Shown here in pieces: positions 7,779-16,145 of a DNA stretch of 64,000 bases; the first letter of the stretch is position 1; every line of letters starts with the position of its first letter. Source of the stretch: a virus. The notes under the pieces are model-generated. The model was not told the origin of the DNA and did no database searches. It saw nothing but the letters and a program-made list of their open reading frames with translations. A program made the position numbers and the translations under genes. The stretch lies in the IMG/VR virus record IMGVR_UViG_3300042449_000993, positions 1-64,000 of that record; one strand, written 5' to 3'.

Positions 7779-7946
7779 TTGGTGCTTGCAGGGAATTCAC
7801 TGTAAGTCATCCGTCGGTGCAAAGACTTTTCCGTTTGAATAGCACCAACGATATATGAGATTGAACGGAATGCATTCTATGTTGCGTGGGGGCATAGATA
7901 AGAATAATCTAGTAGCGTGAGAATTCGCGAACGATAGCCCACGCCA
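7779..7946 (+). ncRNA. Candidate structured ncRNA (pseudoknot, CCA end) within tRNA array
   Basis: Multiple stems visible by eye; ends CCCACG-CCA. Confidence 0.5.
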
Positions 7947-7951
7947 TTTTT

Positions 7952-8025
7952 GGGCTGTTGGTATAATGAGATTACGTCGCCCTTGCACGGCGAAGATCGG
8001 AGTTTGATTCTCCGACGGTCCACCA
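7952..8025 (+). tRNA. tRNA-Ala(TGC)
   Basis: TCGCC-CTTGCAC-GGCGA; G3:U70; CCA. Confidence 0.95.
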
Positions 8026-8029
8026 AAAC

Positions 8030-8208
8030 GTGCCATCTAATCAATGGCTAGTCTACCCAGACGATGAGAAGTGGCTTGATCGCCACAGGGTGGTTCCAGT
8101 CTAACCGAACTGGCGCTGGCAATGCGAGAATCCTCTTTGGTCGGGATGCGGATACCACATAAGTGTTTGTGGTGGGATGACAAAAACCGCCGCAAAGAGG
8201 AAGCAACT
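8030..8208 (+). ncRNA. Candidate multibranch structured ncRNA within tRNA array
   Basis: At least seven nested stems, e.g. TCCTCTTTG/CAAAGAGGA. Confidence 0.55.
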
Positions 8209-8219
8209 AATTTAGGATC

Positions 8220-8294
8220 GCTGGATGTGGCGAGCAGTAATGTGTCGCCTTCATCGGATGCCCAGAACGAGCAAACCCAGTTGTCTCATCCAGC
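8220..8294 (+). ncRNA. Candidate structured RNA element
   Basis: GCTGGATG/CATCCAGC closing stem with internal GGCGA/TCGCC hairpin. Confidence 0.4.
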
Positions 8295-8302
8295 ACTTAT
8301 TT

Positions 8303-8376
8303 TGAGGAGTCGTCTAACGGCAGGACAGCAGGTTTTGATCCTGCTTATCGTGGTTCGAATCCATGCTCCTCAGCCA
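8303..8376 (+). tRNA. tRNA-Gln(TTG)
   Basis: GCAGG-TTTTGAT-CCTGC, CCA. Confidence 0.95.
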
Positions 8377-8380
8377 TATT

Positions 8381-8466
8381 GGGTGAACGGCGAAGTTGGA
8401 GAGTCGCGTCGGACTGTAAATCCGCTGCCATTGGCTGAGTAGGTTCGAATCCTACTTCACCCACCA
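8381..8466 (+). tRNA. tRNA-Tyr(GTA)
   Basis: CTGTAAA loop, long variable arm, CCA. Confidence 0.95.
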
Positions 8467-8470
8467 TTTT

Positions 8471-8545
8471 GTTGCGGTGGCAGAAAAGTTATGCAAGAGT
8501 CTGCAAAACTCTTTTATGCTGGTGCGAGTCCAGTCCGCAACTCCA
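8471..8545 (+). tRNA. tRNA-Cys(GCA)
   Basis: AGAGT-CTGCAAA-ACTCT; U73; CCA. Confidence 0.9.
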
Positions 8546-8551
8546 GTTTAT

Positions 8552-8626
8552 GCGCGATTAACTCAGTGGTAGAGTAGTGCCTTTACACGGCAAATGTCGG
8601 GAGTTCGACCCTCTCATCGCGCACCA
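8552..8626 (+). tRNA. tRNA-Val(TAC)
   Basis: TTTACAC loop, CCA. Confidence 0.95.
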
Positions 8627-8631
8627 GTTTT

Positions 8632-8708
8632 GGCTCGGTAGAACAGTTGGTTAGTTCACATGCCTGTCACGCATGAGGTCGTGGGTTCGAGCCCCATCCG
8701 AGTCGCCA
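8632..8708 (+). tRNA. tRNA-Asp(GTC)
   Basis: CATGC-CTGTCAC-GCATG, CCA. Confidence 0.95.
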
Positions 8709-8712
8709 TTTT

Positions 8713-8799
8713 GGAAGGTAAAGCAGAGAGGATCTGTCGCTGTTTGCTAAACAGATGGTTCCCTTTGGGAATGTGTTTCGAATACACTGCCTTCCACCA
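8713..8799 (+). tRNA. tRNA-Ser(GCT)
   Basis: TTGCTAA loop, long variable arm, CCA. Confidence 0.9.
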
Positions 8800-8886
8800 A
8801 CATTTAATATAATCTTAACGGTAATTCTTAAATCTTCAGGATAAATAGGTTTGTATTCGAACTAACACCCTCCAGGAGACCGACAA

Positions 8887-9531
8887 ATGAGACTACACGA
8901 TCTTGCCGTAAGACTCGCTGCTGTTGAATCCAAGTTAGCAACACTAACTGGCACAGTTGCAAATACAGATATTATCGATGATGTTGCTGAATTCGATCAA
9001 AGACTCTCAGTAGTTGAAGTTCAAGTTGATCAATTGATTGCTCTTAAGACACAAGAACAAGTTGCTGCACTCGTTGCTGCTCCAGCAGCTGCTGCAACTA
9101 TCGCTGTTGAAGAAGTTGTTCTTCTCTCACCAAGTGCTGAAGATTCAGATGCAGTTCTTGTTGTTGAAGATGTTCTTCATGCTCAACATGAAGCTGCTGC
9201 AATTGAGAATCCAGAAGTTGCAGTTGTTGTTGCTGCTGCCGTTGCTGCAGTTGTTGCTGCTGATCCAGAAGTTGTGAAGGATCCAGAAGCAGTTGCTGTG
9301 CTCATCAAGGAAGCAGTTGCCGAAGCACCAGTTCCATCTGCTGAAGCAGTTGCTGCCACAACAGAAGCTGTTGCTGCAGTTGTTGCTGCCGCCACAGGTG
9401 CCGAAGTTGCTCCAGAAGTCAAGGAAGAACTTGCAGTTGCAGTTGCTGCTCCTGCAGATCCAGTTCTTGATGGTCTAGAAGCACGTTTGGCAGTTGCGGA
9501 AGCAAAGGTCGATAGTCTATTGGGAAAATAG
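8887..9531 (+). CDS. Ala/Val/Glu-rich low-complexity protein with coiled-coil ends
   Basis: CCAGGAG RBS, strongly biased codons, terminator downstream. Confidence 0.8.
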   Translation: MRLHDLAVRLAAVESKLATLTGTVANTDIIDDVAEFDQRLSVVEVQVDQLIALKTQEQVAALVAAPAAAATIAVEEVVLLSPSAEDSDAVLVVEDVLHAQHEAAAIENPEVAVVVAAAVAAVVAADPEVVKDPEAVAVLIKEAVAEAPVPSAEAVAATTEAVAAVVAAATGAEVAPEVKEELAVAVAAPADPVLDGLEARLAVAEAKVDSLLGK

Positions 9532-9579
9532 TAACGGGTGTTCGAAGTTTGTTTCGACGCCTGTTTTAATATATGATAG

Positions 9580-9608
9580 AGAGGGAGCCAAGTGCTCCCT
9601 CTTTTTTT
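9580..9608 (+). terminator. Rho-independent terminator
   Basis: AGAGGGAGC-CAAGT-GCTCCCTCT followed by T-tract. Confidence 0.8.
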
Positions 9609-9614
9609 GGAGTG

Positions 9615-9845
9615 ATGATGAAAAAATATATTCATGTCAATCAGCACGTCATTCGTGCAAATAAAAAGAACAACGAAAACAATCCTGTGCTTACCATCAA
9701 GGAAGGCAGGAAGAATACTTATTGTCACCGTGTGAAGATTCATGGACCAAGTGAAGTCGTATATTCTGGAAATGAGAAAACACTCTTGCCTTGTGGTGCA
9801 AGAGTTGCTGTAGTTACAGAAAGTGAGATTGAAATTGTAGAGTAA
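9615..9845 (+). CDS. Conserved hypothetical phage protein
   Basis: GGAG RBS before MMKKYIHVNQHVIRAN; LPCGARV motif. Confidence 0.7.
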   Translation: MMKKYIHVNQHVIRANKKNNENNPVLTIKEGRKNTYCHRVKIHGPSEVVYSGNEKTLLPCGARVAVVTESEIEIVE

Positions 9846-9848
9846 CAC

Positions 9849-9877
9849 TTTACTTTTGATGTTTGTTATAGTAGAAT
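9849..9877 (+). promoter_or_regulatory. sigma70-type promoter
   Basis: TTTACT-17nt-TAGAAT before tRNA-Pro. Confidence 0.65.
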
Positions 9878-9889
9878 ATATAAACAATT

Positions 9890-9966
9890 CGGATATTAGC
9901 ACAGTCTGGTAGTGCACCTGCTTTGGGAGCAGGGGGTCGCAAGTTCGAATCTTGCATATCCGACCA
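9890..9966 (+). tRNA. tRNA-Pro(TGG)
   Basis: CCTGC-TTTGGGA-GCAGG, CCA. Confidence 0.95.
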
Positions 9967-9987
9967 ATTTTATGACTGGAGATTGTT

Positions 9988-10560
9988 ATGGCTAATCATG
10001 TGAATACTCATGTTCGTTTCGAGAAACTCAATGATGCAGGTAAAGCATATCTAAACGAATTTTACTCTCGCATTCGTCCAGAAGATAAAGGATATGAATG
10101 GTTCAGTGACATCTTCGGTCTTGACAAAGAAATCACAGATCAATACGACTGGAATATTGAAAACGTTGGTCCGAAGTGGTGCTACTTCGAAGATCGCGGA
10201 GAAGATTATTTCAACACAACTTCTGCTTGGAGTTTTCCACAAAAAGGCATAGAGTGGCTTTTTGAACAGATTGCCAAAGTTGATCCTGATTTCATCGCTT
10301 CTGTTTTTTATGAAGATGAGATGCCCAACTTCTTTGGTGTATATGTTTACAACAAAGATGGTATGATTGATGGTTGTGAATGGGGCGAAGAAGGTGAGAT
10401 TGAGGAAATGATGAAAGAAGCCGTTCCTGAACTTGCTGAACTCAATGAAGAAACTGACAGTGATCGATATTGGGATCTCTGGTCTGATAATATTTGGGAT
10501 CTTGTTTCTGATAAGCAGGGTCAAGTTTTCAATGATATTATGCAGTCGCTAAAAGAATAA
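9988..10560 (+). CDS. YubB/DUF1281-like ferredoxin-fold protein
   Basis: WNIENVGPKW...TSAWSFP resembles the family motif WxxxNWGTKW...TAWxPP. Confidence 0.55.
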   Translation: MANHVNTHVRFEKLNDAGKAYLNEFYSRIRPEDKGYEWFSDIFGLDKEITDQYDWNIENVGPKWCYFEDRGEDYFNTTSAWSFPQKGIEWLFEQIAKVDPDFIASVFYEDEMPNFFGVYVYNKDGMIDGCEWGEEGEIEEMMKEAVPELAELNEETDSDRYWDLWSDNIWDLVSDKQGQVFNDIMQSLKE

Positions 10561-10566
10561 TGATTT

Positions 10567-10651
10567 GCGACTGTGGAGAAATCGGTAAACTCAACAGACT
10601 TAAAATCTGTCGGCATTAGCCTTGTCGGTTCGAGTCCGACCAGTCGCACCA
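10567..10651 (+). tRNA. tRNA-Leu(TAA)
   Basis: ACAGA-CTTAAAA-TCTGT, variable arm, CCA. Confidence 0.95.
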
Positions 10652-10654
10652 GAT

Positions 10655-10728
10655 GCGGGATTAGTTTAATGGTAAAACAGCAGATTTCCAATCTTCGGTC
10701 GAGAGTTCGATTCTCTCATCCCGCTCCA
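10655..10728 (+). tRNA. tRNA-Gly(TCC)
   Basis: TTTCCAA loop, GCGGGAT/ATCCCGC-T-CCA. Confidence 0.9.
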
Positions 10729-10732
10729 TTTT

Positions 10733-10808
10733 GCGCTCGTAGTTCAGGGGATAGAACAACTGCCTTCTAAGCAGTAGGTCGCAGGTTCGATTCCTGCCGA
10801 GCGTGCCA
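10733..10808 (+). tRNA. tRNA-Arg(TCT)
   Basis: ACTGC-CTTCTAA-GCAGT, CCA. Confidence 0.95.
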
Positions 10809-10866
10809 TTATTAAAGGACTATATAGAGTTGTTGTGAGTTGTTTCTCACAAAAAAGGAAACATAT

Positions 10867-11859
10867 ATGCTCTCTGATGTCCTCGCCAAAACCAAAATCA
10901 AATTTCTACAATTAGATCCATTCGGATATTGTAACGCAAAATGTTGGTTTTGTCCAGTTAAATATTTTCCCCAACCCGAAGAAGGTTCTGGGGTCATGCC
11001 AATCGAACTAGTAGATAAAATTCTGTCAGAAATCTACGAAGAAAAGAATAAACCAGATGGCATTGTTCATTCATTATTCAATCTGGTGACACTCTCTCAC
11101 TATAACGAAATTCTTTTGTACAAGCATTTTGATGAATTGCTCGCGCTATTGAGAAAGTATTCATTCAAATGTTATGTTTTAAGTAATGGAATTCCACTAT
11201 CAAAGCAAAAAGTTGATCTCATAAAAGAATATAAAGATGTGGTCATTCATGTTGGTTTAAATGTTCCTGCATTCGAAAAATCTCTCTGGGCAAAACGAAC
11301 AGGATTCACAGAAGATCATTTTGATCGTCTGATGGAAAATTTAAATTATGCTCAAGAGCAATTACAACATCTAGGAGACGAACTTCAAATTGGTGTGAAT
11401 GGAATCGACCAAGAACCAATTTCTGGTGGATACATTGCAACAGGAGAGCAGTTTGAATCGCACCAATATGATTTAAACTCAAAACATGGCGAGCATGAAA
11501 CTCAATTTAATCTTGGCAAAAAGATGTTTCCTAAAACCAACGTTCATAAGAATTATCTTTATGATCGTGCTGGAACAATTGATCATATCGTTACAAATAA
11601 GCCATGGATCAAACAATTGAGAAAAACTCAACGAGTTACTGGTTGCAATAATGGTGGCGATCGTTCTAAAGAATGGCTCAATGTGAATTCTGCAGGACAT
11701 ACTTTCTTATGCTGTAACGATTATCACTTCGATTATAAATTTGGTGATTTAAAAACACAATCAATTAGAGAGGTTTGGTTGGGTGAGAAACGAGCAAAGA
11801 CGGTTCTTCAGGCATACAGCGAGATATGTAAAAATTGTCACCTCGCCACATTCAATTAA
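10867..11859 (+). CDS. Radical SAM protein with SPASM/twitch domain
   Basis: CNAKCWFC (CxxxCxxC); C-terminal C...CCND...CKNC; AAGGA RBS before ATG 10867. Confidence 0.85.
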   Translation: MLSDVLAKTKIKFLQLDPFGYCNAKCWFCPVKYFPQPEEGSGVMPIELVDKILSEIYEEKNKPDGIVHSLFNLVTLSHYNEILLYKHFDELLALLRKYSFKCYVLSNGIPLSKQKVDLIKEYKDVVIHVGLNVPAFEKSLWAKRTGFTEDHFDRLMENLNYAQEQLQHLGDELQIGVNGIDQEPISGGYIATGEQFESHQYDLNSKHGEHETQFNLGKKMFPKTNVHKNYLYDRAGTIDHIVTNKPWIKQLRKTQRVTGCNNGGDRSKEWLNVNSAGHTFLCCNDYHFDYKFGDLKTQSIREVWLGEKRAKTVLQAYSEICKNCHLATFN

Positions 11860-11886
11860 CTATATAAGTTTTTTAGGAGCATTTAA

Positions 11887-12216
11887 ATGCCAACATTTAC
11901 TTGGAAAATTATAGAAATGATTACAGCCCCATCTGAGGGTGAGTTGAGTGATGTCATAAAGACAGTTCGTGCAAAATATACAATTCACGATGATGCTGGA
12001 AAAGAATTTTCTAGACTTTATGTTTTTGATTTGCCATCTGCAGATCCATCTAACTTTGTTGCCTATAACGATTTAACTGAGTCTAATGTCTTGACTTGGA
12101 TCACATCAACTTTAAATCTAGAAGAAGAGCAACTATTATTGCAAAACCTTCTCCAAGAAACTCTTGAAGGAAGATTGATTGACGGCACTTCTCGAAAACC
12201 GCTTCCGTGGACATAA
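11887..12216 (+). CDS. Phage hypothetical protein (tail-fibre-associated small-protein type)
   Basis: TFTWKI...FVAYNDLTESNVLTW...PLPW pattern. Confidence 0.6.
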   Translation: MPTFTWKIIEMITAPSEGELSDVIKTVRAKYTIHDDAGKEFSRLYVFDLPSADPSNFVAYNDLTESNVLTWITSTLNLEEEQLLLQNLLQETLEGRLIDGTSRKPLPWT

Positions 12217-12233
12217 AAAGTAATTAATTTGTT

Positions 12234-12980
12234 ATGAAATATAATGGAATACTTGCAAAGTATGACACATACGATAAAATTGCAGGATTGCTTGGTGATG
12301 ATTTAAATATTTCTTTCATGAATCATGGATATTACCCAATTCATGAGAAAGCGTCGCATCTATTTCTAGATTCTTCAGGAAGTCTATATTGTCATTTCTT
12401 AGATCGAATTTCAAATCCTGAAAGCAAAAAAATTTTAGAAGTTGGTTGTGGTCGTGGTGGTGGCGCTAATCTAATAAAAACTGCTTATAATTTCGCAGAA
12501 GTTCATGCCTGTGATTTAGAAGAGAAGGCAATTGATTTTTGCCGCAAGTCGCATTCAAGTATTCATTTTGAAGTTGATGATGCTCAAACATTATCGAAAT
12601 ATGAATCGAATTCTTTCGATTGTGTTATAAATGTTGAATCATCTCATTGCTACAGAAATATAGAGGGATTCTTTTCCTCTGTTCATCGAGTTTTAAAATC
12701 AGAAGGAACGTTTCTGTACATCGATGCATACAGACCTGAGTTGATTAAACCTTACGAGAAACATGCTCTGAAATATTTTAGAGTAGTTGAAAAGATTGAT
12801 ATTGTGCAGAATGTTTATGATTCCTGCATACACTCAATGCGAAAGATTCATCAACATATACGAGAGAATAAAATTCCTCCTGAAAGCGCATATCATTTTT
12901 TAACAGTAATGCTTTTAAATAAAGCCAAGCATTACAAGAGTCGTGCGCATTTATACTATGCTTATGTGTTGATAAAATAA
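12234..12980 (+). CDS. Class I SAM-dependent methyltransferase
   Basis: LEVGCGRGGG motif I, FMNHGY, VINVESSHCY. Confidence 0.85.
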   Translation: MKYNGILAKYDTYDKIAGLLGDDLNISFMNHGYYPIHEKASHLFLDSSGSLYCHFLDRISNPESKKILEVGCGRGGGANLIKTAYNFAEVHACDLEEKAIDFCRKSHSSIHFEVDDAQTLSKYESNSFDCVINVESSHCYRNIEGFFSSVHRVLKSEGTFLYIDAYRPELIKPYEKHALKYFRVVEKIDIVQNVYDSCIHSMRKIHQHIRENKIPPESAYHFLTVMLLNKAKHYKSRAHLYYAYVLIK

Positions 12981-12981
12981 T

Positions 12982-13329
12982 ATGTCAAGTTCAGGAAAAC
13001 AATTACGATTTGAAGATCTGCAGCCGCATGTGGATATGCTTTGTGATGCTCTAGAAAATAAAGGCGCATCATCTTCTGGCATTCCTCACGATAAACAAGT
13101 GATTCAGAATGCTTACATATATCGCGAAATCTTGCGACGTGTGCGAAATAATGAAACAACTGTTGAGAATCTTTTGTTTGATTTAGCATATCTAAATAAT
13201 CACACGCGAGAAGCAGCCAAGAACAATCAATTTTATAGAATTGACAAGATCGTAGAGGCACTTGATATTTTCATACAGAAAGAGTATAATAAGGTGACAA
13301 ATGAGATTTCTAACAAGGAAGTTGGTTAA
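12982..13329 (+). CDS. Hypothetical protein
   Basis: Packed ORF. Confidence 0.55.
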   Translation: MSSSGKQLRFEDLQPHVDMLCDALENKGASSSGIPHDKQVIQNAYIYREILRRVRNNETTVENLLFDLAYLNNHTREAAKNNQFYRIDKIVEALDIFIQKEYNKVTNEISNKEVG

Positions 13330-13660
13330 GCCTGAAGATCTGAACGCGAATGATACGTTGTTCGGTGGAAGATGCTTGGAGTGGATTGACGAAGAAGCCG
13401 CTATATATGCTGCAATCGAAACTCGTCATAAACGTGTTGTGACCAAGAGTATTTCAGAGATCAACTTTGTTGCTCCTGCTCGTCAGGGTGATGTTGTTGA
13501 AATTGGAGTTGCGTTGAAGAAAGTTGGAAGCACTAGTATCACTCTAGAAGTGCAAGTGCGCGACTTGACTTCACAACGAATTATAGTTAATATAGAAGAA
13601 ATGGTTTTTGTTTGTGTCGATGAAAATGGGAGACCAACTCGACACAGTTTGAGGAAATAA
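13301..13660 (+). CDS. Acyl-CoA thioesterase (hotdog fold)
   Basis: PEDLNANDTLFGGRCLEWIDEEA; FVCVDENGRP. Confidence 0.85.
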   Translation: MRFLTRKLVKPEDLNANDTLFGGRCLEWIDEEAAIYAAIETRHKRVVTKSISEINFVAPARQGDVVEIGVALKKVGSTSITLEVQVRDLTSQRIIVNIEEMVFVCVDENGRPTRHSLRK

Positions 13661-13663
13661 TTC

Positions 13664-13753
13664 GGAAGGGTAGCCAAGCGGTTTACGGCACCTGACTTGA
13701 AATCAGACGTGGGGGCAACCTCACCGTGAGTTCGAATCTCACCCCTTCCGCCA
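13664..13753 (+). tRNA. tRNA-Ser(TGA)
   Basis: CTTGAAA loop, long variable arm, G73-CCA. Confidence 0.95.
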
Positions 13754-13759
13754 AAAATT

Positions 13760-14305
13760 ATGGAATTCATACAAAAAATTAAACAATACAAAGATGTTTT
13801 AGATACCGAGACGTTTGATATTCTCGATCGTTATCTCAGACAACCCAAATGGGCGTTGAGCGTTAGTGATCCCAAATATAGTCCTCATAAAGTATTTTGG
13901 GGGATGCGTTTAGATGATGAACCTTTCTTCAATAAGAAAGTGTTTTCCGTTGTTGAGGAGTTAACAGGAAAAAAATTTATCACAACAAGCATACTTGCCA
14001 ACGCTCAATCAACATTACAAGATGGTGCTCCTCATGTTGATAGTGAATCAACAGATACTTACACTTTTATTCTTTACGCGAATAAAACATGGGACTATCA
14101 ATGGGGCGGTCAAACAATCTTTTTTGATAGATATAGGTACGAAGATTCAGAAGAAGTGATGAATAGCGATAGTGTTTACAGTGTATATCCGATACCGAAC
14201 ACTGCAGTATTTTTTCCGTCAAATATGGTCCACTTTGGAAGTTCTCCAAGTAGAGATTTTTATGAGATGAGGTACACAATCGCATATCATTTGAAAGAAA
14301 TATAA
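13760..14305 (+). CDS. 2OG-Fe(II) oxygenase (prolyl-hydroxylase-like)
   Basis: PHVD, WGGQT, distal H, RYTIA. Confidence 0.8.
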   Translation: MEFIQKIKQYKDVLDTETFDILDRYLRQPKWALSVSDPKYSPHKVFWGMRLDDEPFFNKKVFSVVEELTGKKFITTSILANAQSTLQDGAPHVDSESTDTYTFILYANKTWDYQWGGQTIFFDRYRYEDSEEVMNSDSVYSVYPIPNTAVFFPSNMVHFGSSPSRDFYEMRYTIAYHLKEI

Positions 14306-14306
14306 T

Positions 14307-14390
14307 GCCCACATGGTGGAATTGGTAGACACCCTGGTCTTAGAAGCCAGTGCCAAAAGCGTGGGGGTTCGAGTCCCTCTGTGGGCACCA
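14307..14390 (+). tRNA. tRNA-Leu(TAG)
   Basis: CTGGT-CTTAGAA-GCCAG, CCA. Confidence 0.95.
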
Positions 14391-14403
14391 ATTTGGTGCT
14401 GAT

Positions 14404-14925
14404 ATGTTTGATTTTTTACAACATTCGGATTATTTGAATGCCAGAAATAACGAAGATTATTATCACTTCGGAAAACTTTCTGTTCCAACTCCAGATTGGG
14501 TAGATATATTACAAGAGTTTGATCGCGAATACAAAATTCATTTATATAATAACGATAAAGAAATCTTCAAGTATCAAGACAGATTAGGATTTGTACTGCA
14601 TCAATCGCAACAGATTCCTATTGTTGGTAAGTTTTTAGAAGCAGTGAGTAAATCTCATCACAGAGATCGCCAACACTTCACGGCACTCACATATATAAGT
14701 TTAAGCACAGAATCTGCCACTTATGGACGTCATAGTGATGTAATGGATGTATGGTGTTGGCAGATGACTGGTTATACTTTATGGAAAATAGAAGGAAGAT
14801 ATCGTAATTTTGAAAAGGTGCTAGAACCTGGAGAACTTGTTTATGTTCCTCGAGGTATGTGGCATGATACAAAACCAATGACGCCAAGAGCAGGATTGTC
14901 GTTTGGATCTGAAAACATATGGTGA
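14404..14925 (+). CDS. JmjC/cupin-domain oxygenase
   Basis: GRHSD, PGELVYVPRGMWH; start moved downstream of tRNA-Leu. Confidence 0.8.
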   Translation: MFDFLQHSDYLNARNNEDYYHFGKLSVPTPDWVDILQEFDREYKIHLYNNDKEIFKYQDRLGFVLHQSQQIPIVGKFLEAVSKSHHRDRQHFTALTYISLSTESATYGRHSDVMDVWCWQMTGYTLWKIEGRYRNFEKVLEPGELVYVPRGMWHDTKPMTPRAGLSFGSENIW

Positions 14926-14928
14926 TTT

Positions 14929-15603
14929 ATGAAAGAATATGTTCGTGGATTGTATACTGATCATACAAATTTAAACATTCCTGAATTGAAACAAACATGT
15001 CATGCAATGTATGAAATCATACTTTCCAACTTCAATGACGGCGATCAATACAATGGGAACATTGGTCTTCATGAAAGTATTTTTCAGAAATATAACTTTT
15101 TAATGTATCCATTTCCTGAGATTCGAAGTTTATATTTCGAAATTCAGAAAATGTTCTATAACTCATTAAATTTGTATTCTGATCCTCCTGAAAATCATAA
15201 CTGGTTCATTCAGTGTTGGTTGAATTTTTATTTCAAAGACGATTTTATTGATTGGCACAATCATGATTGGAATATGAATCGACCTGAGCATTTTCCAAAA
15301 GCGTGGCATGGTTTTGTTTGCGTTGATACTGAACCAAATTCTAAAACATCATACAAATGGAAAGGTGTTGAGAATATCATTGACGTAGAAAGTAAAGATG
15401 GATTGATTGTTATGGGTATTAGTGATGGCGATGCGCATAGAAGTTCCGCATGGTCCTTTTCGCATCCAAGAATCACGATTGCCTTTGATATCGTTCCAGA
15501 ACAAAACATTGTTTTAAATGGTCCTCAAAAATTAGCAGAGGCTTTGTGTAATGATCCCCAAAATCAGTTGGTTGGTTATAAAAACCACTGGATTCCGATT
15601 TAA
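14929..15603 (+). CDS. Putative 2OG-Fe(II) oxygenase
   Basis: CWLN, DWHNH, distal H, RITIAFD. Confidence 0.7.
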   Translation: MKEYVRGLYTDHTNLNIPELKQTCHAMYEIILSNFNDGDQYNGNIGLHESIFQKYNFLMYPFPEIRSLYFEIQKMFYNSLNLYSDPPENHNWFIQCWLNFYFKDDFIDWHNHDWNMNRPEHFPKAWHGFVCVDTEPNSKTSYKWKGVENIIDVESKDGLIVMGISDGDAHRSSAWSFSHPRITIAFDIVPEQNIVLNGPQKLAEALCNDPQNQLVGYKNHWIPI

Positions 15604-16142
15604 TGGAGTATAAAATGAACGAATACAACTATCCTTATGTTTTTAATCCTGGAATGATTTCTGGGAAAATTCCAGAAACTCTTTTCAGAGAATTAATGAG
15701 TTTCTACACACTCCCAACTGCCAAAGAGACGCCACTAGAAAATACCTCATTTAAGTATCACTTACCATTTAATGATGGTTTAAATGACTATTTGCAAGAC
15801 ATGTATTCAAATTGGTGCAAAGCATTCGAAGTTGAATACACTGTAATGGATTTGCAGGTTTGGTCTCAGATTCTGAATAAGAATGACTATGTTTCTTTAG
15901 AATCACATAAAGGTTCAGCAGTATCATTTATTCTTTGGATTCAGATTCCAGATAAAGGAGAAAAACTTGTATTGACTTATTCTCAATACAATGGATCAAT
16001 CTGTAATAATCCAATTGAAATTGATAAATCATATCAAGGAACCATGATCATGTTTCCTGCAGGAATCTCATATTCTGTTTTCCCTAGAGTCGAAGAACGA
16101 GAAGAGCGAATCGCAATTTGCGGATATATTGCAACAGCATAA
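15603..16142 (+). CDS. Degenerate 2OG-Fe(II) oxygenase paralog
   Basis: Aligns by eye with the next gene but lacks two His ligands. Confidence 0.65.
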   Translation: MEYKMNEYNYPYVFNPGMISGKIPETLFRELMSFYTLPTAKETPLENTSFKYHLPFNDGLNDYLQDMYSNWCKAFEVEYTVMDLQVWSQILNKNDYVSLESHKGSAVSFILWIQIPDKGEKLVLTYSQYNGSICNNPIEIDKSYQGTMIMFPAGISYSVFPRVEEREERIAICGYIATA

Positions 16143-16145
16143 TAA

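Noticed and set aside
8060-8300. Resemblance of the structured RNA to RNase P RNA (CAGGGTG..CCAG..TAAC..CTGG, AAACCGCC, GAGCAA)
   Set aside because: The universal GAGGAAAGUCC and the complementary P4 3' strand are absent and the region is too short; short word matches only
7198-8442. Track ORFs 7198-7509, 7352-7537, 7797-8036 and 8122-8442 (also 10573-10770 and the 14350 start)
   Set aside because: They overlap clear tRNAs or structured RNAs and have no RBS or protein motifs
9183-9917. 244-aa minus-strand ORF and other long antisense ORFs (e.g. 1971-2555, 5568-6182, 36941-37531)
   Set aside because: Shadows of strongly codon-biased plus-strand genes
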